From assembly GCA_963701855.1 (NCBI GenBank), contig CAVPBK010000013.1, positions 41,574 to 105,573 on the forward strand: a stretch of DNA of 64,000 nucleotides, given 5' to 3'. The notes under the pieces were generated by a model, which had not been told where the DNA came from, did no database searches, and saw only the letters and a list, made by a program, of their open reading frames with translations. Source of the DNA: Nitrospirota bacterium. GTDB taxonomy: Bacteria > Nitrospirota > Nitrospiria > Nitrospirales > Nitrospiraceae. A program made the position numbers and the translations under genes. Shown here one piece after another: positions 58,602 through 64,000 of the stretch (the stretch's first letter is position 1; the number at the start of each line of letters is the position of its first letter).

Positions 58602-60533
58602 TTACCCCTCAATCGTATTCGGCGCTGTGGGTTTATACTTCGGTTCTTCAGGCGGCGTGCCTCGATAGAGCGGAAACGAGGGGACAATGGGAACTTGATG
58701 ATAGAGTGGTTTAGCCAGCACCCCGCTAATGACGATCCATACTTTTTGATTCGCGACATCATAGCGCAGCAGCCCTTGAGGGATGCCACCTGGGAGCACC
58801 GTATTTTCTGGGAGTACGAACGAGTTTAACTCTCGCACTTCGCCTCGATTCATCGGATTTCTCGATAGCAACTGGAACTCCCAGACTGAAGAGACCTTCG
58901 GCGTCGCGGCCACCATTTCACCAAGGCCGGGAGACCATTCGGTCACCCGCTTGGCGTAGAGCTGCCAGAGGCCTCCTTCAATGGGGACTTCGGCCACCAG
59001 ACGCCCATCGATCCTCCATCCACCCCCGCGTGGAAATCCAAACAGCCCCCCAAGGTATCCCGTCCTTCTGTCCTCAATGACAATCCCACCGCTTGAATTC
59101 AATCCAGATTCGGTCACCTCCTGTGATTTCGGATTCAGGAAGGCAATCGACTGGTAACTTTCCTCTCTTACGAGTTCGTTCCACACGTTCTGGACTTCCT
59201 CACGCGTCATGGGTGTGCGTGGAGCCATTTTCTTCAGCATCGGAGGGGGCTCACAGGGCTTCGCCAAGCCCCGAAGTCCTTCATCGGTGATTTGTCCCGC
59301 CATATGTGTCTTGACACGATAGTCGGCGACGAGTTGTTCCGGGCCTTTCTGTTGACTTCGCGTTGCACTGGCCGCATTCAGATCGGGTTCCCGAAGCGTG
59401 TCTTCGGCGGCCCCTGGTACCATCAACCCCAGAAACTGGTTGGTTTCAGCGTGCCACTTATAATCTGCCGTGCGTGGCCTTGTCCCTTCAGCGTCCCAGG
59501 TCTCGGATATGATGAGACCCGCGTCGTTAAAAGTTGTGATGCGAAGCTTGCCCTGCCGATTCCTCACGAGGGTCCGTCTGACCTTTCCGGTCTCCGTCAC
59601 CACATAGCGAAATACATAGGCGGTTCCATCTGGATGACGTTGCGTCGCCACCCTGCCGTGCTCGTCGTATGTATTCCAGAAAAAGGGACCATGCTGATCG
59701 CCGACCGACACCATGCGATCTTCCGCATCATAGGTGTACACGGAGATTCGTCCAGGGCTCGGATATTCCACGCGAGTGAGCCGTCCACATGCATCGTATT
59801 CATACATTGCACGCCTGCCCAAGAAGTCTTCGATGCGAACGATTCTCCCTTGGTTATCTCGGACAAACTTCAACCAGCACCCACAGGGTGAGGTGACGCT
59901 CGCCACTCGTTGGAGCGAGTCCCGACCCACGGTGAGACGATGCTTCTGCGCATCTTCCACCTCGGTGAGCACCAGAAAGTCATTGAACCGATAGCTGACG
60001 CCGTCCTGTCGGTACAAGATCCACTGCTGGACCTCCTTGTTCCAGGCCAGGCTTGAGTTATGAAACACCGTGGGTGATGTCTTGTGCATGAGCGTCGCAT
60101 CAAGACAATTGGTTCCAGCTGTCCGGAGATACTGAATAAACGCCCCATCCGGCAAAATCAACCGGATCTCTGAACACAGGTCATTCCGGAGCAGATAGAT
60201 TTCGAAGGGATGGCTGGCTCCGACGCCGAATGCTCTCGACGCAGAATCTTTACTCCGATAGACCCTCGTCAGGACAATAGGAATCGAATCGGGAAAGACA
60301 AAATCGGGCTCCTCTACCATATAGAGCCCCGTAGCAAGATCCACAGGGTCGCCGTCAGTCGCCTGTGGATAGAGGGCAGGCTCAGAATCATCTGAGCGGC
60401 TTGACTGTGCGAACACATTCCACGGTATCTGTGTGAGCACCACACCTGATACAAGCAGGATAAGCACTAGGCGAAGTGCCGGATTCAAGACGTTCATCCC
60501 ATAGACCGTCATCGGTCTCCTCCGTAATTCCAT
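58602..60533 (-). CDS. Short YD/RHS-repeat protein with signal peptide and unknown C-terminal domain
   Basis: GDPVDLATG (DUF6531-like), YEYDACGRL, YTYDAEDRM, TYDEHGRV. Confidence 0.85.
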   Translation of the reverse strand: MELRRRPMTVYGMNVLNPALRLVLILLVSGVVLTQIPWNVFAQSSRSDDSEPALYPQATDGDPVDLATGLYMVEEPDFVFPDSIPIVLTRVYRSKDSASRAFGVGASHPFEIYLLRNDLCSEIRLILPDGAFIQYLRTAGTNCLDATLMHKTSPTVFHNSSLAWNKEVQQWILYRQDGVSYRFNDFLVLTEVEDAQKHRLTVGRDSLQRVASVTSPCGCWLKFVRDNQGRIVRIEDFLGRRAMYEYDACGRLTRVEYPSPGRISVYTYDAEDRMVSVGDQHGPFFWNTYDEHGRVATQRHPDGTAYVFRYVVTETGKVRRTLVRNRQGKLRITTFNDAGLIISETWDAEGTRPRTADYKWHAETNQFLGLMVPGAAEDTLREPDLNAASATRSQQKGPEQLVADYRVKTHMAGQITDEGLRGLAKPCEPPPMLKKMAPRTPMTREEVQNVWNELVREESYQSIAFLNPKSQEVTESGLNSSGGIVIEDRRTGYLGGLFGFPRGGGWRIDGRLVAEVPIEGGLWQLYAKRVTEWSPGLGEMVAATPKVSSVWEFQLLSRNPMNRGEVRELNSFVLPENTVLPGGIPQGLLRYDVANQKVWIVISGVLAKPLYHQVPIVPSFPLYRGTPPEEPKYKPTAPNTIEG

Positions 60534-60754
60534 GGTGGCGTTATAAGAAGCCTACCACGCACCCCATCAATCGCCCACGAAAAGAGCCTCTTGTGACCCT
60601 GGGTCTGGAGCACTACCTCGCATCCCCTTCAACACGGCTTTAAGCCGCTGTCCCTTTGCCTTGCCGTGGGTGCTCAAAAACCTTTCTGCTGGCCGAGGGC
60701 TGAAATGTCGATTTCTTTAGGGGTTTGACGTATCCTTCGGCCTGTTCCAAACAC

Positions 60755-60900
60755 AAATGATTGTAGGCGAGCGGATGGCGTGATTGCTCATCGAGCAGAT
60801 CTAAATGTCGGACCCTATGTCGACGGATGTGAGAAACCGCTTTAATTCCGCGAGAGCCTTTTCACTGTGTCCGTTAACCACGAATACAGATTTTCGGAGC
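60755..60900 (-). pseudogene. Remnant of a TIR-like nucleotide-binding protein gene
   Basis: RKSVFVVNGHSEKALAELKRFL then a stop; LLDEQ and PTII appear downstream, partly in a shifted frame. Confidence 0.5.
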
Positions 60901-61238
60901 CCGCTGTCTTCCGCTCGTTCAGTAGGGGATGGAATACACAACGTACAGCTAGTGATGAAGAATTCTTCATGCTCCCTTCATGGACCAATCATGTGACGTA
61001 GCTACAGTATTCCCAATGGCTGATAACGCCGTGACGCTTTGAAGCCATGAGCACAACGCATCGAACCAACAACCGGCAGGCTAAATCATGGGACGGAGAA
61101 TGGAGGCAGGAAAGCCGGAGTGTGGCGTCGGTCGGGCCGGAGTCCATAATGGAAATTCCGGCTGAGAGATGAGCGGCTCGGTTCCGAGGGTCGCGAGGCC
61201 CAACACGGGCATGGGGTGTTTCTTTCTTAACCAAGGAG

Positions 61239-61631
61239 ATGACGATGAATCTTACGAGGATAGTCTTAGCAGGCGCTGTTGCAGCGGGGCTCATATGCAG
61301 TGGAGCCTACGCTCAAACCTCCGACTCCGCTGAGGGCAAGACGCGTTCCCAGGCATTGCTCATGGCACAGGGTTCTCCCCCCAGTGGAGGCTTTATGGGT
61401 AATCCGTTCCGTGGCGTGGTGGACCCGAGCGTGCCAGGCGGAGTTCGGAACCCGGAAGCAGAGAGCGGAAGTCCCACGAATCCAAGGAAGGGCCAACAGG
61501 GTGGCGGCTCGGGGGTGGGAACAGACAGCGGGCAACATGACACCTCAGGGTCGACTGCGGGAAAGACTTCGGGCGGCTCACCCGCCCCCGGTGCTACGAG
61601 CGGCAGCGGGTCCGCAGGGGCCGGCAAATAA
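61239..61631 (+). CDS. Secreted Gly/Ser-rich hypothetical protein
   Basis: AAGGAG RBS; signal (AYA|Q). Confidence 0.7.
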   Translation: MTMNLTRIVLAGAVAAGLICSGAYAQTSDSAEGKTRSQALLMAQGSPPSGGFMGNPFRGVVDPSVPGGVRNPEAESGSPTNPRKGQQGGGSGVGTDSGQHDTSGSTAGKTSGGSPAPGATSGSGSAGAGK

Positions 61632-61640
61632 CAAATCTTA

Positions 61641-61680
61641 GTGGGCTCAGCGCAGGAGTGCACTCCTGCGCTGAGCCCAC
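61641..61680. repeat. Perfect 40-bp palindrome
   Basis: GTGGGCTCAGCGCAGGAGTG|CACTCCTGCGCTGAGCCCAC. Confidence 0.95.
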
Positions 61681-61747
61681 AGGCCCTCCTCCTCTGAATG
61701 GGAGGTCTGGAGCTGCTGGAGACCGCCGAAGCAGGCGATACGTCAGC

Positions 61748-61900
61748 GGTGATGACCTGAACAGTTGTTAAGTTTGCCGACTCGATGGCTCCGCTCTGAA
61801 ACCCGCTTTCCGATAGAAATATACCTCTGTCAGCTCTTATGGCGCTCACTATTTCGCGGAGTGCTAGAGTATGTAGTTTTGAACCTTTTGTGTTCCATTC
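61748..61900 (-). pseudogene. Remnant of an Mrr-like restriction endonuclease gene
   Basis: WNTKGSKLHTLALREIVSAIRADRGIFLSESGFQSGAIESAN; no upstream catalytic part seen. Confidence 0.6.
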
Positions 61901-62024
61901 CTGGCTTTAAGCTGTCCAGAAACAGTTGATTGTGGATCCAGGAGAGTTGAAGAATCCCCCCTTGATTTTCCCGCACATTTTGCATCAGTGTGGCAGACCT
62001 TTTTGACGCGTCAGATCAACACCC

Positions 62025-63149
62025 ATGGAATTTCCATTCGTTTTGTTTCTCCTCGTCCTTGCCTTGGCATTCGCAAATGGCACCAACGATGTTTCGAAAG
62101 CGATCGCCACGTTAGTCGGTAGCGGAATTACCAACTATCAAATCGCTATTGTATGGGGGAGCATATGGACGGTCTTCGGCGCCTGTGTTTCGGTCGTAGT
62201 CGCGAGCGCTATGGTGAAAACCTTCAGCAGTGGTCTCATTGCACCCGGTACAGCTACCCCACCGACATTAGCCCTTGCCGTGCTCACTGGCGCAATGATC
62301 TGGGTCCTGATCGCATCACGCACGGGCCTGCCCGTGTCTACCACGCATGCTCTGATAGGTGCCATTGTCGGTGCCGGGCTAGCCGCCTTCGCGGGCGACG
62401 AGCTCATCTGGTCAGCCATCGTCAAGAAAATTGCGCTCCCCCTGTTGGTGAGCCCCCTGCTGGCCTTGACCATGTCCTTTCTTCTCCACCTCGCTCTCCG
62501 AAAAGCTGCTGCTCGATGGGAGGGCTCCTGTATCTGTGTGCTCCCCGCGTCACGTGCGTTAGTCGCAATTGATGTTAAAGGGATGACCCGCACCTTGTTT
62601 CAATCGGGAGGCACAGTGGTTGCCGTTCCCAGCCAATGCGACCGGGCAGGTCTGCAGGGAATCAGCATTGGCTTGGATAGTATCCACTGGATCTCAAGCG
62701 GGCTTGCCTCATTCGCTCGCGGCGTAAACGATGCACCGAAGATCGCGGCAATCGTCCTACTGGGGAGTGCCTTTGCCGCATGGCCTAATGCGCAGTTCCA
62801 AATCAGTACATTTGTAGGAGTGGCGCTGGCGATGGGGCTGGGCAGTTATCTCGGTGGGCTTCGTGTAACCAAGGTCCTCGCCGAAAAGGTTACAACCATG
62901 AATCACACGGAGGGATTGTCGGCGAACCTTACGACCTCCTCGCTGGTGCTTGTGTCGGCCACGATGGGGCTCCCGGTATCCACGACCCACGTCAGCAGTT
63001 CGGCAATTATCGGTATCGGCCTGTTAAAAGGTGTGCAGGCGATTCGCTGGAGCACCGTCCGAGACATGGTGCTCGCCTGGATTGTGACGCTCCCTGCTGC
63101 AGGCATATTTGCATGGCTGGCCTATTTCTTCATCGCGAGATTAAACTAA
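62025..63149 (+). CDS. PiT-family inorganic phosphate transporter
   Basis: NGTNDVSK, GLPVSTTH twice, GVNDAPK. Confidence 0.9.
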   Translation: MEFPFVLFLLVLALAFANGTNDVSKAIATLVGSGITNYQIAIVWGSIWTVFGACVSVVVASAMVKTFSSGLIAPGTATPPTLALAVLTGAMIWVLIASRTGLPVSTTHALIGAIVGAGLAAFAGDELIWSAIVKKIALPLLVSPLLALTMSFLLHLALRKAAARWEGSCICVLPASRALVAIDVKGMTRTLFQSGGTVVAVPSQCDRAGLQGISIGLDSIHWISSGLASFARGVNDAPKIAAIVLLGSAFAAWPNAQFQISTFVGVALAMGLGSYLGGLRVTKVLAEKVTTMNHTEGLSANLTTSSLVLVSATMGLPVSTTHVSSSAIIGIGLLKGVQAIRWSTVRDMVLAWIVTLPAAGIFAWLAYFFIARLN

Positions 63150-63273
63150 GCATCTATATCAACTGGATGCACGATTTTTGGAAGGTAAGTTCAAACCCGA
63201 CGAACTGATTGGACTGACCCCCTAGATTGAGACACGGCGAATTGGCACACTTGACACACGAAGGGGGTGGCAG

Positions 63274-63621
63274 GTGGCCAAGAAACGCGTGGGCAAGTTT
63301 CCCAAGGCCTTTCGGCAGATGGCCGTGGACCGACTCAATCAGTGCGAGAACATCGTGACACTGGCGAAGGAACTCGGGGTGAGTCGGCGCCTGTTGTATA
63401 CCTGGCGCGAGAAGCTCGAGCCAACCGTGAGCGGTGCAGGCCCACCCGCGAATGCGCGCGAGGCGACGCTCAGGAAAGAGGTCCACCAACTCAAGCGGGT
63501 GTTGGCGGAGAAGGTGCTGGAAGTCGATTTTTTCAAAGGGGCCTTGCACACCGTCGAGGCGCGACGTCAGCGGAACGGGCAAGCTGGCGCGCAGGCCTGG
63601 ACGCCCACATCCGGGACGTGA
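63274..63621 (+). CDS. IS3 transposase OrfA
   Basis: HTH LAKELGVSRRLLYTW; LKRVLAEKVLEVDFFK. Confidence 0.85.
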   Translation: MAKKRVGKFPKAFRQMAVDRLNQCENIVTLAKELGVSRRLLYTWREKLEPTVSGAGPPANAREATLRKEVHQLKRVLAEKVLEVDFFKGALHTVEARRQRNGQAGAQAWTPTSGT

Positions 63622-64000
63622 TGTCGAGGCAAGGCCCATTGAGTATCGCACGGATGTGTCAGCTGGCGCAGGTGAGCCGGGCGGGTTTTTATCGGTCGTT
63701 GCACGCACACCAGCCCATGGAAGAAGAGATGGCGGTGCGGTCGGCCATTCAGGGGATCGCTGTCACCCACCGGCGTCGGTATGGCTACCGGCGCATCACA
63801 GCGGAACTCCGTCGGCGCGGCCTCCTAGTCAACCACAAACGAGTAGTGCGGCTCATGCGCGAAGACAACCTGCTGGCGGTCCAGCCGCGGGCCTTCGTGG
63901 TCACGACGGATTCCGATCATGCGTTCGAGGTAGCACTCAACCTGGCCAGCCGCCTGACACTCACCGGGATGAATCAGCTCTGGGTCGCGGACATTACCTA
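63618..64000 (+). CDS. IS3 transposase OrfB (partial)
   Basis: VSRAGFYR, YGYRRITAEL, VNHKRVVRLM, TTDS, LWVADIT. Confidence 0.9.
   Translation, partial: MMSRQGPLSIARMCQLAQVSRAGFYRSLHAHQPMEEEMAVRSAIQGIAVTHRRRYGYRRITAELRRRGLLVNHKRVVRLMREDNLLAVQPRAFVVTTDSDHAFEVALNLASRLTLTGMNQLWVADIT

Larger units (their letters stand above)
63210..64000 (+). mobile_element. IS3-family element (partial)
   Basis: Starts TGGACTGACCCC; orfA and orfB overlap at GTGA. Confidence 0.88.

Overview
Bacterial chromosomal segment, probably Nitrospira or a relative (inferred from gene content and repeat style, not confirmed by a search). It begins with core genes: partial mutL, a tol-pal operon with two cpoB paralogues, tRNA-Asp, tRNA-Val, xerD, an LppC-type lipoprotein, a site-2 protease and trpS. 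A cusCBA-type copper/silver efflux operon follows, then a complete six-gene ebo cluster split into two convergent halves with a GAF gene at the head of one half. A mixed region of small genes carries many modular MITE-like repeats. At 38.5-40.5 kb lies an integrase-less integron cassette array (CALIN) with three attC sites; the cassettes encode a DUF2441/ART-like protein, an unknown protein and a PIN-like protein, and the array is bracketed by an inverted repeat pair. Next come gltBD, ispB, a DUF1015 gene, a sigma54 regulator and amgK-murU. The last ~10 kb is accessory: an IS110 whose bridge-RNA guides can be partly read against its own junctions, a short YD/RHS protein, defence-gene remnants, a PiT transporter and a partial IS3. 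Several single-base frameshifts (tolQ, xerD, eboF, IS110, cassette 1) may be assembly errors. All family assignments come from motif recognition by eye; no database searches were run.
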